Shown: piece by piece, positions 17,599 through 25,491 of the stretch
Numbering within the stretch: the stretch's first letter is position 1
Layout of the letters: every line of letters begins with the position of its first letter
NCBI GenBank assembly: GCA_046095245.1
Contig: JBJTJB010000386.1
Location: forward strand, 1-25,491
Length of the DNA: 25,491 nt
Reading direction: 5' to 3'
Source of the DNA: Bacteroidota bacterium
GTDB taxonomy: Bacteria > Bacteroidota > Bacteroidia > AKYH767-A > OLB10
Translations under genes and position numbers: made by a program
Notes under the pieces: model-generated
Told to the model about the DNA's origin: nothing
Database searches by the model: none
What the model saw: only the letters and a program-made list of their open reading frames with translations

Positions 17599-18924
17599 GT
17601 GATCTCCGAAGAATTCCTGTATTTCCTGTGGTCGAACAGACTCTTCAACCCTTCCTCCCTAAGGCTTAGTAGCGGGGAGCCTATTGACATCCTGCATCCG
17701 GGTTTTCGAAACTCAGGGAGTGGACCGGATTTCATTCAATCGAAAATCCGAATTGACGGGCTCATCTGGGCCGGCAGCGTAGAAATCCATGTACTTGCAG
17801 GCGATTGGAAAAAACACGGTCATCATGCAGACCCGGCCTACAATCCGGTTATTCTCCATGCAGTTCATGAATTGGACACCGAAGTGAAAACCCAGCTGGG
17901 TTCTTCTTTGCCCACCTTGGTGCTTAAAGGAGCTTACGACCCCGCTCTTCTTGAACGATTTCAGCGATTAACGCAAAGGCTTGATCGTATTCCATGCGCC
18001 AGTCAACTGAAGACCGTTTCTTCTTTGGTGAAGGCCGATGTAATGGCCAAGATGCTGGTGGAAAGGCTCCAGGATAAAATCAGCCGAATGAAGCCCATGG
18101 CGGATCAGCATGAAGAAGAGTGGCCTGAGTTGTTATACCGCCTGCTTGGCCGTGCAATGGGATTTCGCACCAACGCCGAGGGATTCGATTGGCTCTGCAA
18201 GCAGCTGCCTTACTCCATCATTAAGCGTAACCTCGGTGACCCGGAAACAGTCGAAGCGCTTCTATTCGGAACCTCGGGATTATTGCAAATAGCACCTGCC
18301 GAGCCGTATGCAAACCGTTTGATGAAAGCTTGGCAACGGATGCAGCGTCACTACCGAATCGAACCCATTCCTGCACATGCCTGGACTTTTGGCAGTGCGA
18401 GGCCAGGTAATTTTCCAAGCCTGCGTATAGCACAATTCGCATCCCTGATGAGCTCGGGTTCCGACCTGTTCGACAGCGTAAGAGAACCAATCCAGCTGAG
18501 CGATATGATCAATCGCCTGAACACGAGTCCCTCGGACTATTGGCAAATCCACTTCCGGTTCGGACATCCATCGCATACACATTCGGGGAGAATGGGTAAA
18601 GATGGCTTGCATGCTTTGGTAATCAATGCCATCGCGCCATTCCTGTTCTATTATGGAAAGCGGAGGCATTCGCCGCTCTTGTGCGATAAAGCCCTGCATT
18701 GGCTTGATTCCATTCCGCCTGAATCGAATCGAATTACACGCATGTGGAGCGATTTGGGCTGGACAGCCACTTCCGCAGCTGAAAGCCAGGCCCAATTCAG
18801 ACTGAAACAGAGTCAATGCGATTACCGCCTATGCGTCCGTTGCGGCATCGGTCAAGATCTGATCCGAGGCGACTTGCCCAAATCGTCATTCCGCCGCGAG
18901 ATGATATCTTCGCAAGAAGCATGA
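17599..18924 (+). CDS. DUF2851 family protein
   Basis: EEFLYFLW, HPGFRNSGSGPDF, WAGSVEIH, HHADPAYNPVILHAV, RPGNFPSLRIAQ, YWQIHFRFG, INAIAP and C-terminal CDYRLCVRCGIG. Confidence 0.9.
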   Translation: MISEEFLYFLWSNRLFNPSSLRLSSGEPIDILHPGFRNSGSGPDFIQSKIRIDGLIWAGSVEIHVLAGDWKKHGHHADPAYNPVILHAVHELDTEVKTQLGSSLPTLVLKGAYDPALLERFQRLTQRLDRIPCASQLKTVSSLVKADVMAKMLVERLQDKISRMKPMADQHEEEWPELLYRLLGRAMGFRTNAEGFDWLCKQLPYSIIKRNLGDPETVEALLFGTSGLLQIAPAEPYANRLMKAWQRMQRHYRIEPIPAHAWTFGSARPGNFPSLRIAQFASLMSSGSDLFDSVREPIQLSDMINRLNTSPSDYWQIHFRFGHPSHTHSGRMGKDGLHALVINAIAPFLFYYGKRRHSPLLCDKALHWLDSIPPESNRITRMWSDLGWTATSAAESQAQFRLKQSQCDYRLCVRCGIGQDLIRGDLPKSSFRREMISSQEA

Positions 18925-19826
18925 ACATTCTGATAACAGGTGCGAACGGACTACTGGGCCAAAAGCTTGTACATCGGCTTTGTAACGAAACGGATGTTGT
19001 TTTGTTTGCCACCGGAAGAGGTCCGTGCCGGATCAGGTCTGCCACAGGGTTTACGTATTACGATGCGGACTTGACCGACAAGTCAGCCCTGGAATTGCTG
19101 TTTGAAACATCCCAGCCCGACTGCGTTATTCACACAGCAGCCATGACGGATGTGGATGCCTGCGAACGCGACCCGAAGGCATGTCAATTGAACAATGTGG
19201 AGTGTGTGCGCCTGCTCACCGAATTGTGCCGCTCCAGGAAGGCGCATCTCATTCACCTCAGCACCGATTTTGTGTTTGACGGGCTTAGTGGACCCTATCG
19301 AGAAGAAGATCCCATAGGACCCTTGAGTGAATACGCTCGAAGCAAGGCCACGGCCGAAGAGATTGTGCGGGAAGCGGGCACCCCATGGACCATCATCCGC
19401 ACCATGATCATTTATGGTGTAACCGACGACCAGCAACGGTCGAATGTAGTCCTCTGGACAAAGCGTTCACTGGAAGAAGGAAAAGACATCCGTGTGATCT
19501 CCGATCAATACAGGGGTCCCACACTTGCAGAAGACCTTGCAGATGCCTGCGCAATCGCCGCTTTGAACAAAGTGACCGGCTTGTTTCATGTTTCGGGGCG
19601 GGAGGTCGTATCGAGTGTGGAGATTGCACAACGAACAGCACGGTTTTTCAACCTTGACGAACGCCAAATTTCGCCGGTCACCACAGAAGAACTTGCCCAG
19701 GCTGCTCGCCGACCTTTGCGAACGGGATTCATTATCAGCAAAGCCGAGCGGGAACTCCAGTACCAGCCACACAGCCTGGATGAAGGTCTTAAGATTGTGA
19801 GCGAACAACTCAGCCATCGGCATTGA
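18921..19826 (+). CDS. RmlD-like SDR family oxidoreductase (dTDP-4-dehydrorhamnose reductase family)
   Basis: Rossmann motif ILITGANGLLG, HTAAMTDVDACE, HLSTDFVFDG, catalytic YARSK, and PT...LA. The ATG at 18921 overlaps the DUF2851 stop (ATGA). Confidence 0.88.
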   Translation: MNILITGANGLLGQKLVHRLCNETDVVLFATGRGPCRIRSATGFTYYDADLTDKSALELLFETSQPDCVIHTAAMTDVDACERDPKACQLNNVECVRLLTELCRSRKAHLIHLSTDFVFDGLSGPYREEDPIGPLSEYARSKATAEEIVREAGTPWTIIRTMIIYGVTDDQQRSNVVLWTKRSLEEGKDIRVISDQYRGPTLAEDLADACAIAALNKVTGLFHVSGREVVSSVEIAQRTARFFNLDERQISPVTTEELAQAARRPLRTGFIISKAERELQYQPHSLDEGLKIVSEQLSHRH

Positions 19827-19833
19827 CACCAGT

Positions 19834-19879
19834 CCATAAAAGCAGAAGGCCGGCGATTGCCGGCCTTCTGCTTTTATGG
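19834..19879. terminator. Bidirectional intrinsic terminator: perfect 21-bp inverted repeat
   Basis: CCATAAAAGCAGAAGGCCGGC-GATT-GCCGGCCTTCTGCTTTTATGG lies between the convergent SDR and secDF genes, with T-tracts on both strands. Confidence 0.92.
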
Positions 19880-19890
19880 CATCAGTAAAA

Positions 19891-22884
19891 TCACTTTTTA
19901 TCTGCAGGGGCCTTGTCAAAATCGACAACCACAGGAGCCGCAATGCAAAGCGAGCTGTAGGTTCCAACCACGATACCGACCAACAGTGCGAATGTGAATC
20001 CGCGAATCACATCGCCACCAAAAATGAAAATCGCTAGCAGTACGAAGAAGGTTGTAAGGGATGTATTCAGGGTACGGCTCAAGGTGGAGTTCAATGCATT
20101 GTTGATTACAAGCTTCTTATCCATGTTCGGATGGATGCCGAGGTATTCACGGATCCTGTCGAACACCACCACCGTATCAGTCATGGAGTATCCCATAACC
20201 GTTAGGATGGCTGCTATGAAATCCTGGTTAATTTCCAGCGTGAAGGGCAGGATACCATTGAAAATGGAGAAGATGGAAAGAATCAGGGCGACGTCGTGCA
20301 CAAGAGCAAGCGTAGCTCCAAGTCCGAACTGCCATTTGCGGAAACGCACAAGGATGTAGATGAACATGAGTGCACATCCGAAAAGGATAGACCAAACCGC
20401 AGATGTCTTGATGTCATCCGCAACAGTTGGCCCTACCTTTTGGGAATTGATGATCTTCTGGCTCTTGAAATCCGCATCGGAAATTCCGGAATAATACCCT
20501 TTAGTTCCCTCGTACAAGGCAGCAATCACTTTTGCTTCCGCTTCAGCAGAGTTTTCCTCGATAAGGTAGTCAGTCGTGATTTTGAGACGGTTGTCGGTAC
20601 CGAAGGTCTTCACATCAGGAGCCTCTCCAAACGTTTTCGCCAGGGCTGCGCGCACTTCCGGAGTGGAGACACTCTTGTCGAATTGCACGACATACGTGCG
20701 TCCACCATCGAAGTCAACACCGAAGTTGAATCCTTTGATGGCAATCGATGCGATACCGGCGGCGATGACCAATCCCGATACGATATAATAGAGCTTACGA
20801 TTCTTGACGAATTGCAAGTTGATATTCTTGTAAGCGTCCTTTGAGAATCCGTTCCAGAAGGAAATCTCCTTGTTGCCATCGAGCATCCATTCAAACACCA
20901 AACGGCTAATGAAGATGGCGCTGAACAGGGAGCAAAGGATACCGATGATCAATGTTGTGGCGAAGCCTTGTACAGGACCACTACCGAACGAATACAGGAT
21001 GATACCCAACAACAAGGTGGTGACGTTGGAGTCGATGATCGAACTCAAGGCATGACGGTAGCCATCCGACACAGCCAACTTGACCCCTTTACCCAGCCTC
21101 AATTCTTCGCGAATACGTTCGAATATGAGGATGTTGGCATCCACAGAGAGTGCGATGATCAGGACGATACCGGCGATTCCGTGCAGCGTCAGTACTGCAC
21201 CAAGGGATGCAAGGACCCCGATGATGAAGAACATATTGCAAATGAGCGCAAAGTCAGCCACGAAACCAGCCTTGTTGTAGTAAAACACCATGAAGGCGAA
21301 CACCACCAGAAGAGCAACAAGGAATGATGAAAGACCGTTCGCAATCGCCTCTTTACCAAGTGATGGACCAACTACTGCTTCCTCCACGATACGGGCAGGC
21401 GCAGGCAGTTTACCCGCTTTCAGGATGTTGGCAAGATCTTTCGCTTCGTTGATTTCGAAGTTACCGGTGATGCTTGAGCTACCGCCGGCAATTTCGCCCT
21501 GAACAGTCGGGAAACTGTATACATAGTCATCCAGAACGATGGCGATTGACTTTCCGATGTTTTCACCTGTCATGCGTTTCCACACCTTGGCTCCATCGGG
21601 ATTCATGCGCATACTGATTTCCGGCTTGCTGTTGAATTGACCGAAATCCTGACGGGCATCCGAAATAGCAGAACCATCGAGTGGTGATTTTCCATCGCGG
21701 CTGGTCACTTTAATTCCAATCAGCTCGAGCGATTGGGATTCGGCAGTGCGTGGCTTCACAGTCCAGAGCAGACGCAAGTTCTTAGGCATGGCAGCCTTAA
21801 CATCGTCGCGGCTGAAAATCGCATTGACACGAGCCGTGTCCTTGATGAGCGAGTAACCGATGATGCACTGCTTATCGACTGCATTTTTCTCATCCTGCGT
21901 ACGCACCTGCCCATCGGCCGGGAACATCACAGCAAACAGTGGGTTCTCCTTTGCAAACTCTTCGAAGGATTTCTGAGCGCTTGTGTCCTTGGTGGCGGTC
22001 GTATCGGTGCCCATTTTGCTCAACAGGTCGTTGGCACTGGCCGTATCGGCCGAGGCGGTAGTTGTGCTATCAGCAGGCACTGTGCTGGCCGCCGCGGCTG
22101 AGTCGCGTTTGGCAGACTCGACCAGCAATTTGTTGACTGCAACCAAACCGGGAGCAACCTCTCCGAAATTGTAAGTTTCCCAAAACTCGAGTTTGGCCGT
22201 TCCCTGAAGCAGTTTACGAACCCGCTCCGGCTCTTTCACACCGGGCAATTCAACCAAGATGCGACCAGAACCCAATTGCTGGATATTCGGCTGTGTTACG
22301 CCGAACTTGTCGATACGCGTACGCAGGATGTTGAAGGAACGGCTGATGGCCGCGTCTGACTCATCCTTCAGGACCTTCAACACTTGCTCGTTGGTGGAGT
22401 TGAAGTTGATTTTATCCTGGTTTTCGATGTTGGCGAAAACGGCAGCGAGGCTTCCGTTGGGATCAATCTCCTGATGTGCCTGTCCGAAGAGCGTAACAAA
22501 ATCCTTGTTTGAATTCCGCTGAAGCTCAAGCGCACGGTCAATGGTTTTGACAAATACCGGCTCACCGGCATTCTGACCAGCCATGGAGCGAACAAGGTCA
22601 ACCACGGATACTTCCATGGTCACGTTCATCCCTCCTTTCAAGTCAAGGCCGAGGTTCAGCTCCCGTTCCTTGCACTCACGGTAGGTATATTCCTTGACCC
22701 CGAGATTGTAGACCCCCTTGGGTCCGATAGAATCGAGGTAGTTCTTTTCTTTTTCCACATCGCCGTTGGCATACGCCTTTGCATCGGACTCCACGCTGCG
22801 GGTCACCAGGGTAAACGAGATCTGGTAGAGGCAGACGAGGGCCAGAAGGATGGCAAACAGCCGAATCGCACCTTTGCTTTGCAT
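19891..22884 (-). CDS. secDF: Protein translocase subunit SecDF (fused)
   Basis: LNLGLDLKGGM, RIDKFGVTQP, AIVLDD, GPSLG, VDANILIFERIREE, GVDFDGG, GYSMTDTVVVFDRIRE and VGTYSS. Confidence 0.98.
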   Translation of the reverse strand: MQSKGAIRLFAILLALVCLYQISFTLVTRSVESDAKAYANGDVEKEKNYLDSIGPKGVYNLGVKEYTYRECKERELNLGLDLKGGMNVTMEVSVVDLVRSMAGQNAGEPVFVKTIDRALELQRNSNKDFVTLFGQAHQEIDPNGSLAAVFANIENQDKINFNSTNEQVLKVLKDESDAAISRSFNILRTRIDKFGVTQPNIQQLGSGRILVELPGVKEPERVRKLLQGTAKLEFWETYNFGEVAPGLVAVNKLLVESAKRDSAAAASTVPADSTTTASADTASANDLLSKMGTDTTATKDTSAQKSFEEFAKENPLFAVMFPADGQVRTQDEKNAVDKQCIIGYSLIKDTARVNAIFSRDDVKAAMPKNLRLLWTVKPRTAESQSLELIGIKVTSRDGKSPLDGSAISDARQDFGQFNSKPEISMRMNPDGAKVWKRMTGENIGKSIAIVLDDYVYSFPTVQGEIAGGSSSITGNFEINEAKDLANILKAGKLPAPARIVEEAVVGPSLGKEAIANGLSSFLVALLVVFAFMVFYYNKAGFVADFALICNMFFIIGVLASLGAVLTLHGIAGIVLIIALSVDANILIFERIREELRLGKGVKLAVSDGYRHALSSIIDSNVTTLLLGIILYSFGSGPVQGFATTLIIGILCSLFSAIFISRLVFEWMLDGNKEISFWNGFSKDAYKNINLQFVKNRKLYYIVSGLVIAAGIASIAIKGFNFGVDFDGGRTYVVQFDKSVSTPEVRAALAKTFGEAPDVKTFGTDNRLKITTDYLIEENSAEAEAKVIAALYEGTKGYYSGISDADFKSQKIINSQKVGPTVADDIKTSAVWSILFGCALMFIYILVRFRKWQFGLGATLALVHDVALILSIFSIFNGILPFTLEINQDFIAAILTVMGYSMTDTVVVFDRIREYLGIHPNMDKKLVINNALNSTLSRTLNTSLTTFFVLLAIFIFGGDVIRGFTFALLVGIVVGTYSSLCIAAPVVVDFDKAPADKK

Positions 22885-22911
22885 TGATTTCAGGGTTGGT
22901 TATAGAGCGGG

Positions 22912-22942
22912 CAAATATAGGTCAAAGGGGCTTAAGAAACAA
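22912..22942 (-). promoter_or_regulatory. Sigma-A promoter, TTG-N20-TATATTTG, upstream of secDF
   Basis: The minus strand reads TTG (22942-22940), a 20-nt spacer, then TATATTTG (22919-22912), 27 nt before the ATG. Confidence 0.7.
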
Positions 22943-23056
22943 TCGGTTAGCCTTGAAAACGATGCCCGCCCGAATTCACCAAGTCTTTATCCTTCAAGAT
23001 GTTAACCTATACACCCTAGAACAGGCTGACTGGCCGGGATGGTTTTCGAGTGAGAA

Positions 23057-24199
23057 TTGGCCTATTTTCGAAGCGTGCCCCTGCAGATCATCATCAGTGC
23101 GACTTCGGACTTGCTCAGTGACCAACGGGTGCACAGGACTGCATCGGCCCTTAAGGAAGATGGTCATAAAATCCTGGTCATTGGTCGGAGGCTGAGGAAT
23201 TCACCTGAGCTACCGGCCCGGCGTTACCGCTGTTTCCGGATGCGCCTACCGGTTGAGCGAGGCCCCTTGTTTTATCTGTTCTTCAATCTGAAGTTGGCCT
23301 GGATGCTACTTTGGTCCAAGACCGACGTACTTTACAGCAACGACCTGGATACACTACCTGCAAACTACCTCATATCCCGACTCCGCAAGATCCCTCTTGT
23401 TTACGACAGCCACGAGTATTTCACCGGAGTGCCCGAATTAACGAACCGGCCACGTGTACAGGGGATCTGGAAATGGCTGGAGCGGCACATGGTTCCGAAT
23501 TTAACTCATTGCATTACCGTGAATGCCGGTATCGCCAAACTCTACTTCGACGAATATGGCGTTCCATTCAACGTCATCCGCAATGTTCCGGAGCCAACAA
23601 CCATTGCGCTGCCCGAGCGGAGCATTTTGAGAAAATCGCTTGGGCTTCCGAATGAAAAACCGATTCTGATTTTGCAGGGAGCCGGAATCAATATCCAGCG
23701 TGGTGCTGAAGAAGCCGTTGAATCGATGCAGCACCTGGCCGATTATCTGCTGCTCATTGTTGGATCGGGCGATGTCATTCCCCAGCTAAAACAGAAAGTG
23801 ATTACCGATGGCCTTTCGGACCGGGTCCGGTTCGTTGACCGAATGCCTCCGGCTGAACTAAAGCGCTTTACGGCAGCTGCAGACATCGGACTTAGCCTCG
23901 ACAAGGACACCAATATCAATTACCGCTACAGTCTTCCCAATAAATTGTTTGACTATCTGCATGCACGAATACCGGTCGTAGCCAGCAATTTGCCGGAGGT
24001 GGCAGCCGTTGTTACACAATATCAAGTCGGAAAAGTAATTGCCGACCACACCCCTGAGCATATCGCTGCTTGCATCCGGGAAGTCCATCAAGGCCTCGAA
24101 AATGGAATGTACAAGAACGGGATTGAAAAAGCCTGTAGCGAATTGAATTGGAACGAGGAGCGGAAACACTTACTTCAGTTGATTAAACACCTTGCCTGA
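23057..24199 (+). CDS. GT-B fold glycosyltransferase (GT4-like)
   Basis: DQRVHR, SNDLDTL, LVYDSHEYF, ILQGAGINIQRGAEEAV, ADIGL and YSLPNKLFDYLHARIPVV. The start is uncertain (TTG 23057 or GTG 23075). Confidence 0.9.
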   Translation: MAYFRSVPLQIIISATSDLLSDQRVHRTASALKEDGHKILVIGRRLRNSPELPARRYRCFRMRLPVERGPLFYLFFNLKLAWMLLWSKTDVLYSNDLDTLPANYLISRLRKIPLVYDSHEYFTGVPELTNRPRVQGIWKWLERHMVPNLTHCITVNAGIAKLYFDEYGVPFNVIRNVPEPTTIALPERSILRKSLGLPNEKPILILQGAGINIQRGAEEAVESMQHLADYLLLIVGSGDVIPQLKQKVITDGLSDRVRFVDRMPPAELKRFTAAADIGLSLDKDTNINYRYSLPNKLFDYLHARIPVVASNLPEVAAVVTQYQVGKVIADHTPEHIAACIREVHQGLENGMYKNGIEKACSELNWNEERKHLLQLIKHLA

Positions 24200-25313
24200 A
24201 CGCCACCTGCATATTGTTTCGTTTGATATTCCCTGGCCTGCAGACTATGGTGGTGTGATTGATGTTTACAACAAGCTCAGGCACCTGAGGCTTCAGGGTT
24301 GGGAGATCAGCTTGCATTGTTTCCGTAGGCAGAGAGCTGAAAGCAAGAAACTTGAAGAAGTATGTAGAGAGGTCTTCTACTACAACCGAAACACCTCCTT
24401 GATCACCCAGTTCAGAAAAACGCCATTTATAGCAGCCAGTCGCACAAGCGACCTGTTGGTGCAACGCTTGCTTGAAACGGATTCCCCAATCCTGCTTGAG
24501 GGCCTGCACAGTTGCGCACCATTGAAGATATTGACCCAATCCGCGAAGAATGTTTGGGTGCGTACACACAACATCGAGCATGACTATTATAAAGGGCTTG
24601 CTCGAAGTACACCGAATCCAATCACATCGGTCTTTTTCAGTAGTGAGGCCTGGAAACTGAAAGAATACGAACGAGTCCTTGCTGCTGCTCACGGATTAGC
24701 CTGTATTTCGCCTGACGACACCGGTCACTTCCAAACCATTAACACGAACAGCCATTTCATCGGCCCGTTTCACCCTCACGATTTGGTCAGCCCGATTGAA
24801 GGGCGTGGCGATTTCATGCTCTACCATGGAGCACTTTCGGTACCCGAAAATCAGGCTGCTGTGCGTTGGATCCTGGACGAGGTCGTGCCGAAAACGGGCA
24901 ACAGACTGATCGTTGCGGGCAAGAACCCTCCAGACTGGATGACCAAGCGCATTCAGCGACTTGATCGGGTAAGCCTGATTGCCGACCCGGAATCGGCAGA
25001 GCTAGATCAACTGATTCGAGATGCACAAATACATCTCTTACCTGCAACTCAGGCAACGGGGGTGAAACTCAAACTGATTCATGCATTATTTCGTGGCAGA
25101 CACGTTTTGGTGAATGAGCAAATGGTTGCGGGCACAGGGCTCGAAACTTTTTGTCATTTGGCCTGCTCCGGTGAAGAGTTTGCCATGCGTGCCAATGAAC
25201 TGATGCAAAAACCCTTTTCGTCAGCAGATTGCACGGAAAGGGAAAACCTCGAAAATTCCGGATACTCAAACCGGGTCAACGCAGAGAAACTCAGTAAGCT
25301 GCTGCAGGCCTGA
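24192..25313 (+). CDS. GT-B fold glycosyltransferase (GT4-like, Bacteroidota type)
   Basis: HLHIVSFDIPWPADYGGVIDV, LLEGLHS, RTHNIEHDYY, YHGALSVPEN and TGVKLKLIHALF. The TTG start overlaps the upstream stop by 8 nt. Confidence 0.82.
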   Translation: MPERHLHIVSFDIPWPADYGGVIDVYNKLRHLRLQGWEISLHCFRRQRAESKKLEEVCREVFYYNRNTSLITQFRKTPFIAASRTSDLLVQRLLETDSPILLEGLHSCAPLKILTQSAKNVWVRTHNIEHDYYKGLARSTPNPITSVFFSSEAWKLKEYERVLAAAHGLACISPDDTGHFQTINTNSHFIGPFHPHDLVSPIEGRGDFMLYHGALSVPENQAAVRWILDEVVPKTGNRLIVAGKNPPDWMTKRIQRLDRVSLIADPESAELDQLIRDAQIHLLPATQATGVKLKLIHALFRGRHVLVNEQMVAGTGLETFCHLACSGEEFAMRANELMQKPFSSADCTERENLENSGYSNRVNAEKLSKLLQA

Positions 25314-25322
25314 CGCTGTTCG

Positions 25323-25491
25323 TTAAACCGCGTTGAGTCGGCCTTCCTCCACTTTCACGACACGGGAGGGGAAACGGTCCATCAACGCATAGTTGTGCGT
25401 TACCATCACCACTGCCCTGCTATTGCGGCTAATATCGAACAACAGATTCATGATTTCGGTACTGGTTTCCGGATCCAGGTTCCCTGTTGGT
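25323..25491 (-). CDS. ftsE: 3' end of an ABC ATPase, probably cell-division ATP-binding protein FtsE (partial)
   Basis: Manual translation gives PTGNLDPETSTEIMNLLFDISRNSRAVVMVTHNYALMDRFPSRVVKVEEGRLNAV*, with the D-loop (PTGNLD) and H-switch (VTH). Confidence 0.75.
   Translation of the reverse strand, partial: PTGNLDPETSTEIMNLLFDISRNSRAVVMVTHNYALMDRFPSRVVKVEEGRLNAV

Overview
Chromosomal window from a Bacteroidota bacterium, judged from TAnnTTTG sigma-A promoter boxes, the hsdR_N/amn/holA and pyrG-yidC gene orders, fused secDF and DUF2851. Most of it is housekeeping: rlmB, rmuC, an HsdR_N-domain protein, amn, holA, an mqnA-like gene, hppD, a DUF6438 lipoprotein, yidC, pyrG, SRPBCC, DUF2851, an RmlD-like SDR, secDF, two glycosyltransferases and the 3' end of ftsE. 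No rRNA, tRNA, CRISPR array or mobile element was seen. The notable part is a ~6 kb insert (5406-11421) between the mqnA-like gene and the hppD terminator. It holds a membrane-anchored BNR_assoc_N/beta-helix protein, a divergent alpha-oxoamine-synthase (BioF/CqsA-fold) PLP enzyme, an inverted single-domain receiver, a 6-TM PAS histidine kinase and a small unknown ORF. Two of these genes share an identical bipartite ECF-sigma-type promoter, TGCAACCG-N12-TTCCGTACAA. The gene content resembles the synthase/regulator/6-TM sensor set of alpha-hydroxyketone quorum-sensing loci (Lqs/Cqs). That similarity is a hypothesis from architecture, not an established function. No database searches were run; family calls come from motif recognition.
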